From positions 10,065,352 through 10,129,351 of the forward strand of contig MU053934.1 of assembly GCA_013239625.1 (NCBI GenBank): a DNA stretch of 64,000 nt. The letters run 5' to 3'. The DNA is from Lama guanicoe (Eukaryota). The notes under the pieces are model-generated. The model was not told the DNA's origin, made no database searches, and worked only from the letters and a program-made list of their open reading frames with translations. Below are positions 47,101-58,528 of this stretch, one piece after another. Both the position numbers and the translations under genes were made by a program. Positions within the stretch are counted from its first letter, which is position 1. Every line of letters begins with the position of its first letter.

Positions 47101-47869
47101 GAATGACGGTCGGTCGTGTACTAGATGCTACCCGGGGCTTCAGAGTCTGTCATTCTCAGGCGCGTTGGGTCGCCCGCGCTCGGGAGGGAAGCACTGGCGA
47201 CGAGCCGTCTCCGGCAGGACCCGGCACCCTGCTGCAGCCACACTGCAGCGGGCGAGGTGCGACCACGGGCTCCGGGAGGGCTGGGGTGCTGGTGCAGAGG
47301 AGAAGAGCTGTGTGTCCAAGATGAGATGCTTTTGAGTCTTCCCTCTGACTGGGGCAAGAAACAGGGCTCTTGCCGCCGGAGATTGTTGCAAGGCCGCCGC
47401 CGCGGAGTGCGCGCGAGGTCGGAAGGAGGATGTGCTCGGTGCTTCCCTCCCGCCGGTTTCTCGTCCGTCTCCAGCACAACGGACCGCGGCGCGGCTGGCG
47501 CGGCTGGCGCTGCTGTCGTTCCAGTGGTGAGGTTAACAGGCCGCAGCGCTGTGGTTTTCAGTTCTGGCGACTCCCGGGGTAGGTTTGTTGTTAGCGCGTC
47601 CCCTCCCGCGTGTGTGTTGATTGCCAGCCGTGGAGATGCAGCCTCCTCACCCGAGCTTTGGGCCTGTGCATAGATGTGCTGCCAGAGACGCTGAGGTCGG
47701 AGGGGGCAGTTCATGGCGGGGGGGTTGTGGGGGAGCAGCGGGTGAGAGGGGAGGCAGCTTCTCCCAGAAGGGTGAGGACTCTGCAACTCGGGGGACCGCC
47801 GGACGCGGTTCTCGAAGTGAGAGTGATCAGTCACTGTCAGCGGGCCCACGCTGCCCTTACCTTCCCTCC

Positions 47870-48110
47870 TGCTGTAAAACAATCGTGTTATGAGAAATTT
47901 CAAACGTCCGCAGAGGTGGAGAGAACAGCACGGTGAAGCCAGCCCCCCCGTCACCCGGATTCCACAGTGATCAGGATTCTGCCGTGATCGGCTCATCCGG
48001 CCCCTTTTTCTCTTCCTTTCCCTTTGCTGTAGTATTTCAAAGCAAATCCCAGACATCATGTCATTTCACCTTTCCCTACTTGAGTATGCATTCCGAGAAG
48101 AAAAACCTCC
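47870..48110 (-). mobile_element. L1MC4-like 3' end, GC-shifted
   Basis: ttatgagaaatttcaaacgtccgcagaggtggagaga…gtatttcaaagcaaatcccagacatcatgtcatttcacc. Confidence 0.7.
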
Positions 48111-49129
48111 TGCTATTTTAAGCACATGGTGCTGGTGGAGAGGCCCTTCAGGCCTGCGTTCCCCTCCGCCGACTCGTGTGTGGGTTTCGCAGGCAGGGCT
48201 GTGTCTCGGGGCATCAGCCTTCTTTGGGAGTCAGCGAATCCAATGATCTTTGGCTAATTGGGTGGAAGGCCTTGCAGTTTGAAGAAACAGTTGTCTAGAT
48301 CCCTCTCTCAGCGTTGGAGAGGTGGGCCTGACCTGAGGCGTTTGTTCTGTTTTTGGTGCTAGGTTTGCTGCTCAGATTTCCTAGCGTGAGGAGTGTCGTA
48401 GGAGACATCATCGGAGACAGTGTGGCTGGACCCGGGATGTCCTGTACGGGTCTAGAAGTCAGAGCGCGTATTCTGGGAGGAGCAGCTGGCCCTCAGGTGT
48501 GCGTATCCGCTGATGTCTGTCTACAGGAGGCTTGTCCGATAGGGCCTAAGGAATTAGATGGGCTTGGCTGACATGATCTGTCGTTTCGTGACACCTCTTT
48601 CCCGCCCCGTCTCCCCCTGCCGCCCATCTCACGTGGCTGTGGGGAGAGCGGTGGTGCACTGGGTTTTCTCTGTTACCTGGAATCACGCTCGTCAGGGTTG
48701 TCGATGGCGTCCAAGGTGCGTGCTTTTCCCAAGTAGGGCTTTGAGTCTTTCACGACAAGCTGTGTGAGTGACCCTGTACTCAAGGCGACCAAGCTCGGTG
48801 GTGCCTTGTGTTTGCAGAGGGGGCCCCACTCACTCAAGGGAGGGGAAGTGCAGTTTGAAATGACAAGAGGCTCAGTTCCAAGTGGACATTTCTATATAAA
48901 GCATTACAGTGTATGTACAGGGCCTGTTCTCGTGGCTCCCTGGGAAGCTGTGAAAAACTAGCGGAGCGTGGAGGGGATCTGTGCGGGACACACCCAGGGG
49001 GAGAGCCCCAAGCCTCTGCCCGCAGTGACGTCCTTCTGGGGTGACAGTCCTGTCTTAGAAGACAGAGAGGGAACCGAGTTGGGAGAGTGAATTTGGTCTC
49101 AGTCACCTGGAAACAGCTTTGCAGCGAGA

Positions 49130-49338
49130 GTTTTGCTGGTTAACAGTGGGTCTGGTGAGGGGTTTTGCTGGTTAACAGCGATGCTGATGGGGAGTTTTGC
49201 TGGTTAACAGTGGGTCTGGTGAAGGGTTTTGCTGGTTAACAGCGATGCTGATGGGGAGTTTTGCTGGTTAACAGTGGGTCTGGTGAAGGGTTTTGCTGGT
49301 TAACAGCGATGCTGATGGGGAGTTTTGCTGGTTAACAG
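49130..49338. repeat. Dimeric minisatellite: 7 identical 17-bp cores with alternating 15-bp A/B linkers (32-bp period, 64-bp higher-order unit)
   Basis: Core GTTTTGCTGGTTAACAG at 49130, 49162, 49194, 49226, 49258, 49290, 49322. Linker A is TGGGTCTGGTGARGG, linker B is CGATGCTGATGGGGA, in order ABABAB. Confidence 0.97.
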
Positions 49339-51619
49339 TGGCACTGAAACATTTCCTTTGCATTTAACTTTGCGTCTTTCACCCTCCCCCCCACCCCGAA
49401 ACCGGTTAGGGAGGGGGTTTCAGAAGAGCGCTTTAAGTATCCAGTGGGACGTGGGCCGCCTGCCCTTGCCGTGTGAATCTCGCGGTGGAAGCTTTCCATC
49501 GGGGACCCAGGAGAACAGGGAGGTAGGGCTCTCTGTAGGAAGGCCGTGAGTGCAGAGCCATTTGGAGTTGATTCTGGGCCCATAAATTGGTCTGTGACTA
49601 ACTGCACTGAGTTTTAAAGCAGGTTGTGTATGAATTTTAAGTGCTTCCTTACCGAGACAGCTACGACCTGGCCCCATTTGGAGCAGGCCGTGGGGTTCTG
49701 GGAGCCCAGGGAGGGACCTGGGAGCCGGGGGTGGACCACCGGCCCGCAGCCTCCCTGCCAGCAGCTCAGGCAGGTCCGGTTACGCTCCCTGGTACGAGCA
49801 CTTGTCGCCTCTGCCTTGGTAACAGGGGCTTCGGCTGGCGTTGCTGAAGCTGTGGGCTGATGTTCATTCCGTTACTGTGTGTTACTCTTTTACTGCATAC
49901 TATTTCTGTTGCAAATAGTCATAAATATTGTTACAGTTTTGACTGCATTATGACATGTTTCTCTGAGTAGTCTCACGTACACTGAGGGCTGCAGGGCTGA
50001 GCAGTTTGTGGTTTGCCTTGGTGCTCCTTTCTGAGTGTGTTTCAGTCCACAGTGACGGGGCCTCGTCACCTCCTTTCTAGACCTGCAGACCTTCACTGTG
50101 TGGTTCCCGAACTCTGACAACACTTCACTGCTGGCGGGGAGCTCACGGGGACCCTTAACAATGCATCTCCTCCCCTGCCTGTGCTGGACGCATCCCTTAG
50201 CCTCACCTGTGCGGAGAGCGGGTGTGGGCTCTCTCGGAGGGTGGTCACGGGCATCAAACACCCTAATTCGTACAACACTCTAGGCAGGGCGCCTGTCGTG
50301 GCTGTTACTCCAGCAGTGGAACATTCTTTCTTCCAGGAGGCACTCTCTGCGTGCAGGGTCTCCCGCTGGTCTGGCTCTGGCCGCCCAAGCGCGTCCCTGT
50401 CCACGTGGCAGGTGGTCTCCCATGCTGTCCTTGCTCTGCTGCCCTTTCTCAGGCCGCTCCCGGCCGTGATGGCAGGGCCCTTCACAACCTGACTTCCTCC
50501 CTCGACCAGCGGCCGTGGGTCAGCGTTTCTCTGGAATTCTGGACTGATTGGTGGTGGGGAGCAGTGGGCCGTCTCCTCCCTTCCCGCGGCCTTGCATTCT
50601 GCTGCCTCTCAGGGCAGCTGCACGTGCTCTCCCGAGCCTGCTATTGACTAAGCCGCAGCCTCTGTCGTCTCCGTTGGAAAACAGCGTGGTCAGATTGCCT
50701 GTCCTGGGCTGGATGCCCGTTCAGCCACCTTCTTCCCCACATCCCAGCCTGTAGGGCCCGTCAGGAGAGGCTGGGCAGTGGGCGCACACGGTCACAGCTG
50801 TGGGTCACAGCGCCCGGTTCTCTGGTTGTCTCTGCCTCTCTCGGACCGAGGGATTGGACTGGTCCCGCAGCTCTTTCTGTGCTTCTGCTTCCGCGTGAAA
50901 GGCTTGCAGAGACGCAGCGAGGCTGACACACGCGCTCTGCCCAGCCCTGTGGGCCCCTTGTGGAGGCGGGCGTCTCCTGTTGGGTTGTGGGCGCTCCCTC
51001 TGCTTGGCGTGGCGGCAGTTGGCGGATGGGACGCGCCTATTTCGTCTTTGTTTAAGCTGTTCTTGTTACTCACGTGTCCGGCCAGGTGATTTTGGATGGA
51101 CTCAGGTAAAGGAATCTGGTGATGCTGTTTCACCAGAGCTGTGGCTGCTCTCAGGGGAGCATCGGGAGGAAGTTAGCCAACCCTGGACCCGCTGCCGCGT
51201 GTGTGGGGCCGGGGCCCTTCCTTCCTCTGTCCCAGCCCCGCAGCCCCTCTGCGCACCTGCCAAGCGGCTGGCCGCGTGCACAGTGGGCGGCCCAGGGCCC
51301 CTGCCCGCCTGGAACTCACAGTGCGGGGCCGGGGAGGTGAGGGTGGGCAGGAGAGCACAGGAGACAGTCCGCGTCGTGCTGCTGGGGCCAGGCAGCGCCA
51401 GCACCAGGGCTACTTCTGGAGTGTGCTGTTACGTGTTTCACCCACTGACAGCTTCGTAGACTTGATGTCTCAGGGCTGATGCCAGCATAGTGACCGTGTG
51501 TGTGTGTGTTTGTGTGTGTGTGTAATTCACAATAAAATATAGTGTGCAGAGCCCTTCTGGGGAGGGATAACACTAGACCCAAGATTTTGAGAAGTAACAT
51601 TAGCCCATTCAAACAATGT

Positions 51620-52323
51620 GTCTGTCACACCCACTAGGATAGTTATAATGAAAAGACAGGCACTAACGAGCATTGGCAAGGACATGGAGAAATCAGAACC
51701 TGACACACGGCTGGCGAGAATGTAAAATGATGCAGCCGCCTTGGAAACAGTCTGACAGTTTCTCAAACAATGTAACTTAGAGCCACCATATAACCCAGCA
51801 GTTACACCCCTAGGTCTGTATACACTCAGGAGAATCTTAAACTTACTTCATACAAAAACTTACATGACAATGTTTGTAGCAACATTATTTATAATAGCCC
51901 CAAAGTGGAAGCAACCCAAATGTCCATCAGGTGATGAACAGAAAAATAAAGCATGGTTGATCTGTACACTGGAGCATTATTCATCCACAGAAAGTGTGAA
52001 GCACTGACTCAGGCTCCAGCATGGACAAACCCAGAAAACACTCTGCTCAGTGAAGAATGCCAGTCACAGAAGGTCACATGTTGTGTGACTCCGTTGACAG
52101 GAAAGGTCAGGACAGGCAGATCTGCGGGGACAGAGGTGGGTTGGTGGTTGCTGGGGCTGGGGGTGGGGCTCGTGGTATGTGGTGTGTCTGGGGGTGATGA
52201 AGATGTTCTGGAGTTAGATGGTGGTGCTGGCTGCACAGCTCTGTGTACATACTAAAACCATTGACTTGTGTGCTCTAAGTTTTATGGTATGTGGATTATG
52301 TCTCAGCAAAGAAACTTTTTAAA
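51620..52323 (+). mobile_element. L1MB-like 3' portion, sense
   Basis: cacacccactaggat…cattggcaaggacatggagaaatcagaacc…ccttggaaacagtctgacagtttctcaaa…gcaacccaaatgtccatca…gatgttctggagttagat. Confidence 0.85.
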
Positions 52324-52469
52324 TGTACCTGTTTGTGTTCGCTGTGGGAAGCCTGTGAGGGGATGCGGAGAGGCTCTGCCCTGGGAGGGTGACAGTCTGT
52401 TAGGCGGTGAGGGACAGTATTAGACGGCGAGAAGACGCCAGCTGAACAGGTAACGTTTTGGTGGAACCT

Positions 52470-52492
52470 GGGGCGGGGCGGGGCGGGGCGGG
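52470..52492 (+). promoter_or_regulatory. (GGGGC)4GGG tandem GC boxes / G-quadruplex motif
   Basis: GGGGCGGGGCGGGGCGGGGCGGG seen directly; function inferred. Confidence 0.5.
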
Positions 52493-55400
52493 TGTCACTG
52501 CAGGTCGCACAGAGCTCCTCCCGTTGCCTCCTCTAGGGGAGAGTGGCCGTCCCCGCATCCTGGCCCAGAGCTCCCTGTGTGCCTGCCGCTCGATCTCAGG
52601 TCTGAATCCCATGTGTGGGGCCCGGTTCTGGGGCCCGGGGCCCCCCGGACTTGGAGGCTGCTTGCCTGGCTCAGGGGCCCTGGTGCTGCTCTTGTGGGGA
52701 ACCTGCTCCCCGGCAGCCCTGCCTTGCTGTGGGCAGCACTCCGAAGGGCCTTTAAGGCCAGGAGCTTAGCAGGCAAGTGTCTGAAGAAAGCCGGAGGCCT
52801 GAAGGGACGACCTGCCCCGGTCGAGCAGCCTTTCGTGTTTTCAGACCTCTTCTCCCCCGTCCCGCCTTTCCCCTCGGCTCTCTCTCTGTTTATCAGTTCT
52901 TCCCTCAGAAGCTCGGGAACGTTGAGAGCAGGTGAGGGAGGAGTCAGACACCTGCTTCCACGAACGCACTAACCAAACTCACCGTGGAAGCCTGGGGCCG
53001 AGAGTTTCTGAACATTTGAAAACCGCCACTTCCTTTCCATCGGGGGTCCTCGTGCCTTGGCTCGCGGACCGTTCAGCGTGGCCAGCTGTGACCTCTGCTG
53101 CGATGAGTCCCCTGTCTGCGGGGCTGTCAGGACGCCGCACCTCGCTAGGGTTGTGGGTGTCATTGCTGCCTCAGGTGTGGTTTGAGACACAGAGTGTCAC
53201 GTTTGCCCTCTTCGTCCTGACCTGAAGCATCTCGCACCTTGAGAAGCTATTCTCCCTGGATTTCTGTGACCCCGCCATCCCTGAAGGTCTCCTGTGACTC
53301 CGTTCTGCTCTGTCCACCTTGTTTTGGTAACCACTGTGTGTCGCCCCCCCCACTAGTTCTCTCTGGCATGATCCACAGTCCTCCTGGCTTCCACTCTCCG
53401 AGCCTCCGCCCCCAGTCCCACTGTCTCGTAGAGAGGCCCACGGCCGCATCCTTAGACTCTGTCCGGCTGGAACGTGCAAAGTATGGTAGACGGACTGTGA
53501 GCTTTGGTTTCGAGTCGGGCAGCTGAGTCTCATGCCCTCATCTGTAGGGTGGGGACAAGAATTGCCCCCCAGGGGTGAGAACTGTCCCGCAGCGCCCGGC
53601 ACTCTGGGTCCTCATCCCTTTTCCTCCTCCTCCCCTGCTGGCCTGGCCCCTCCTCCCCGCCTTCCCATGTAAGTCACACACGTCCCTGTCTCTTATGGCA
53701 ATGTTGGGGGGGGGTCCTCCACTGGCCCGCCCCCCCTGCTTCCTGTGTGAGTCACACGTGTCGCCGTCTCTTACTTCTGGCAGTGCTGGGGGTTGCTGTC
53801 AAGCCTTTGCGTCTGTCTCCGCGTCTTGTTACTGCTCACGTGCGTCTGTTCTTGTTCTTCCACGATGTCCTCGGGTTGTTTCCTGCCTCCTTTCCTTCCT
53901 TGTCTTTGATGGCCTGCCCTGCCTCGGACCTTTGTTGTCTCTGCCCGTCCCCTGAAGTCGCTTGCAGCTAGTCTGCGTGCGCCCCTGCCCCGCAGCACGC
54001 CCCGTGCACTAGCAGGAGCTGAGTCAGACGGCAGTGCGGCTTCTCCTCGACTTCAGCAGCTCCCCGCTGCTTCCAGGACAGAGGGCTCCGGTATTTAATG
54101 CTCTGCGTAATCGGACTCTTAATTACCTGTTCGTTCTTCCGCTCCACCCGGAGTAGGAGCCTACCGGTGCTGGACTGTTGATTATTGCTCTTTACTGACA
54201 CTTGTGAGCAGTGACGATCGTGACGATTACAGTAGGCACTGAACGCAGAATGCTCTGATGGCATGACAGACAGAAGGCAGGAGCCGTTGTAGTAGTTCAG
54301 TCGTGACTCATTGCTGCCCAGCCTTCTCTGTGACTTACACGTGAGCTTGTGTGCGGGGCCCGGGGGCCCGTGCCACTCTGCCCTGGGAAACGCGCCGCAT
54401 ACTTGTCTCCGAGGAACCGCGCGCACCTCTGACCAGCCTGTCTTCAGCCTGTCTGTGGGCCGAGTCCGGCTTCCTGTCTGGTGGGCTCCTCAGCCGCGAG
54501 TGACGTCCAGGAGTGTGCTCGCTGGCCTTCAGGGTCACAGTGGGTGCGGGAGGCCCTTGGGAGCTCGGAGGCGGCACCTCTCTCTCTTCCACTTCCCCGA
54601 GGGTGTCTGATCTGGGGGGCTTCTCCAGAGCGAGCAGGTGCAGGAGGGACAGTGACCTGGAAGAGGTCGTGATCACCCCGGGGTCCTCGCCAGGCACGAG
54701 GACACGGCAGAACGCTCTCTTAGGGGCCGCGGTGCTCTCCTGTTGATGTTCAGACATTGCAGCATCAGGATGCCTGGACTTGCTGACCTGTCTTCTTACT
54801 GACTTTGCCTGGTAAGGACTGGAGTCGCTGGCTGCTGGGCAGTGTGATCAGCAAACACTGCTGACCCGAGAAGGGGCCGAGCCGAGTCCTGCTGCGCGCG
54901 CGTGCGTGCGTGTGCGTGTGCGTGTGTGTGTGAGAGATAATGCAGAAATTACAGGAGACTGAGGGTCCGTCTTCATCAAGTCCTCCCGGAGAGCGAAGAA
55001 GCGAAGCTCAGGCTTCTAATTTGCTTGAAAGGGTTTGGACTTAACATGGAGGAGCAGCAGCCTTTCCCTTAATTAAACGCCTGCGGCGCTGGCTGTGGGC
55101 TCAGTGGTGTTGAGGGAAACCAGCGTGATGAGACCCTGTGAAGGGCGCCCGGCCGCCCGGGGCCTCTGCCGGGCGGGGGCGCGGGCGGGGCGGCCCCGGG
55201 ACGCGGGGAGCAGCGCGCTGCGCTTTCCCTCGCCGCCCGCTTGGAGACGCCGGAGTTTTCCCTGAGACATTTTGGGTGTACTTCCTGCGCTCCTGTAGGG
55301 ACACGTGGATAGGGCTCTGGTTTAGCCGGTTCCCTGCTGTTGGACGTGTAGATCATATCTTTCTTTAATACATAAATCCTTGGGCATAAATGTTTGCTTG

Positions 55401-55959
55401 CATTTTGGAGCATTTCTTTGGGGCGGGTTCCCAGCAGTGGAACCACCGGCTCAGAGGCCATGAGCACGGGATCCGCGGGGCTGGAGGCCCTGCCCCCCGG
55501 GACCTCTCGTCGGAGCATTGCCCTCCACCCCGCGTGCCCGGCGTGGAACGGAACGTTTCCTGGGCTGGCGGGTGCCGGCTCACGCGCAGGGCTCTGAGGG
55601 CGTTGCTGGGCGCGGGCGCCCTCGGGTTAGTCTGCGGGCCTCTCCAGTCGTGAACGGACCCAGGGCGCGCATCCTGCCGAGCTGGCCTCCGCTGGGTTTT
55701 CAGTTGGTGTCCTGAAGCCTGGGGTCAGTGGGAGGGCTCTGCAGGCTCCTGTCCGAGCCTGTCGGAGGCTCTTCCACATTCAAGCCCCTCCTTCCTCTGC
55801 GCAGCACCGCTCAGCCCCTCACTTCTGGTCAGAAGCCTGCCCGCCAGTGTCCCTCACAAGACCCCCTACAGCGGAGTGCCGCCTTCCACCTTCCTTAGAA
55901 GGCAGTTGGGGTTATAAGTCGCCTTTAAAAATTCCTCATCCAAGACTTACAAAAGCATC

Positions 55960-56755
55960 TTTACTGAGAGATAATCCCCATACCACACAACTCGGCACTT
56001 CCATGGGTTTTAGCGTGCGTGTGGAGCTGTGTGGCCCTCACTACAGCATGTGTCAGACCTCAGAGGAAACCCTGGGCCCGGGGGCCGTCGCTCCCCACCC
56101 CCTGGCCTCCCTCCCCGCCGCTTGAGGCACCACGGATCTGTCTGTCTGTCTGTGGATTTGCCTGTTCCGGGCGTCTCGTGTGGAAGGAGTCACACGACAC
56201 TTGGCCTTTTGAGGGTGGCTTCTTTCACTTAGGTGATATTTTCCAGGCTCATCCAAGTTGTCGTGTGGACCTTCAGCCCTTTTTCTGGCCAAATACTATT
56301 CCTCTGTAGGGATAGGCCGCGCTTTGTTTATCCACCCGTCAGTTGATGACTGTTTGGAGTGTTTCTACTTTTTGGCTGCCATGGACACTCGTGTGTGCGT
56401 GCTTTTGCGTGGTTCCTTTTTCATTCCTGTTGGGTATCTGCCTAGGAGTGGACTCGCTGTGTCCCGAGGTGACTCCGCTTAACCCCTTAAGGAACTGCCA
56501 GACGGTTTTCCAAGGGGGCTGCAGCATTTTACATCCCCTCGGCAGTCATGTTTCTCCTGCACTGTTTACTCCAGCCGTCCGAGTGGCTATGAAGTGGCAT
56601 CTCATTGTGGTTTCAATTTCCCTGATGGCTAGTGATTTTGAGCATCTTTTCATGTGCTTATTGGCTATTTGTGCATCTTCCTTGAAGAAATATCTCTTCA
56701 GATCCTTTGGCCCATCTTTAATTGGGTTCTTGGTCTTTTTATTATTGATATCTTG
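55960..56755 (-). mobile_element. L1MB-like 3' portion
   Basis: ORF 56546..56815 ([38 protein letters not shown]) matches the L1 ORF2 C-terminal region. Confidence 0.88.
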
Positions 56756-58055
56756 ACACAATACTGTCCAAGTAACTGTGTTAAAACCAGCAGAATGAAG
56801 CAAAACAAGTGACAAGAGAAAAACTAAGACGGTCAGATTCCTTTTGGATCAAGCACACTCAGTCCTGTGTTTCTTTCTGATGACGACATGGCCAGCTTCA
56901 CCTGGTGAACAAAACACTTCCTGGAAATTTGTTCTAGAATGACGTGAGGGAGGAATCCTGCTTTGCCAGGCGCATTTCCTGCAGCACCTGCGAATGAAGC
57001 GGATGAGCAAGATACTCATTATTCGGCTATTTTGTAAATCACAGGAGTGTTTGGTGTGGCAGTAAGTGGGGTTGCAGTGCGTGGTACTTGGGGGAAGGGT
57101 GGGGGCGTTGCTGCTGCAAGCAGCTCTTCCTGATGAAGGGACATTTGAAAGCTGGTAATGAACTAATGTTTAGAACTGTGTTTTGTCTCAGTGTAGGATG
57201 ATACAGCAGTTAGTTGTAGCCCACTTTCTACAATAAAATGCATCTCCGTTTTAATTTTTCATTCTTCTTAAAATGCTTATCCTTCCGTGTGGGGACATTT
57301 AGCGGTGCAGCCGAGTCCAGGACGCAGCAGCCACGTCCTGGTGCACTGTGTGTGTGTGGCTGTGGGGTGACTGGGCGATGAGCAGGACCGGGGGGGCAGC
57401 CAGATCCGGGCCCATCCTTTGCTTGTTGACTGGTTGCTCTGCCCCTAGATCTGGAAGCAGGGGCGTGGTCCCTGCTCTCCTTCCAGCTGCCTAGTCACTC
57501 AGCAAGCCCTGCGCCATCCGCTCCAGGTACAGGTGTTTCTTCTCACTGAAACCCACGTCCGGTCATGACGCCTCTGAAGTCTTTGCTTAGCCCTCCCCCG
57601 GCCCCCATCAGCCCCTCGGCTCCTGTGTCCAACCCAGGTGGGTGGCACGCCGCACTGGCCTCTGTGTGCTCCAGGCCCCACCTCCCTCTCCAGCCTGAGT
57701 CCTCGCGGGCACCCCTCCCCGCCCTACGCGGGTGCCCGGGCCGCGCCCTGTGCAGCTACCCACGGAGGTTGTGTGTGCGGGCTCTTGGCCTGCACTTTAC
57801 GGAGCTAATTTTTATCAGAGTCATCCATGCACCTGACTTGAAAAATGAAATGTCATCTAAGACACCCTGGAAACAGTAGTCCCTGCGTCCCATCCCCACT
57901 GACTGTCGCTTTATCTCTTGGTGTGAGAAGGTACTTTCCTTTATATTTCTAAATACTGTGCAGAGCCTGTGGAGTTTTACAGTCTAGCTAAATGATCGCC
58001 TGTCTATCTGGGAGTAGGGAGATAACCCGCTTACATCCCCCCCCCCCCCCCGGAG

Positions 58056-58149
58056 NNNNNNNNNNNNNNNNNNNNNNNNNNNNNNNNNNNNNNNNNNNNN
58101 NNNNNNNNNNNNNNNNNNNNNNNNNNNNNNNNNNNNNNNNNNNNNNNNN
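58056..58149. other. Assembly gap (94 N) flanked by poly-C runs
   Basis: C15 at 58037-58051 and C13 at 58151-58163. Confidence 0.99.
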
Positions 58150-58277
58150 TCCCCCCCCCCCCCGTGCAGTTAATGTCACAGCTTTGGGGAAACTGGGATT
58201 CACTGTGCTGTTATGACTGTCGCTCTGGCTCAGTACTGAGCTGCCAGGAGCAGCCGTGTGTTACTTCGTTTTATCCT

Positions 58278-58528
58278 CTTTTTTTTAATTTTATTTTTTA
58301 TGGATATAATTGATTTACAGTGTTAGTTTCAGGTGTACAGCAAATGTGACTCAGTTATACATATACACACACGTATATATTCTCTTTTCGGATTCTTTTC
58401 CATTTTATGCTGTTACAAGAAATCGAATACAGCTCCCTGTGCTCTACAGTAGGTCCTTGTTGTTTGTCTATTCTGTTCATACAAGTGTGTATCTGTTAAT
58501 CCCCAACTCCTAATCTATCCCTCCCCTG
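58278..58528 (-). mobile_element. L1 extreme 3' end (artiodactyl-type)
   Basis: T-rich tail, then gatataattgatttacagtgttagtttcaggtgtacagcaa…ccctgtgctctacagtaggtccttgttg. Confidence 0.85.

Noticed and set aside
47121..48059. 312-aa minus-strand ORF
   Set aside because: Starts in an L1MC remnant and runs through CpG-rich low-stop DNA; no domain recognised.
49130..49338. CRISPR array (GTTTT-starting direct repeats with spacers)
   Set aside because: Repeats (17 bp) and spacers (15 bp) are too short, the spacers recur as ABABAB, there are no cas genes, and the context is a mammalian intron.
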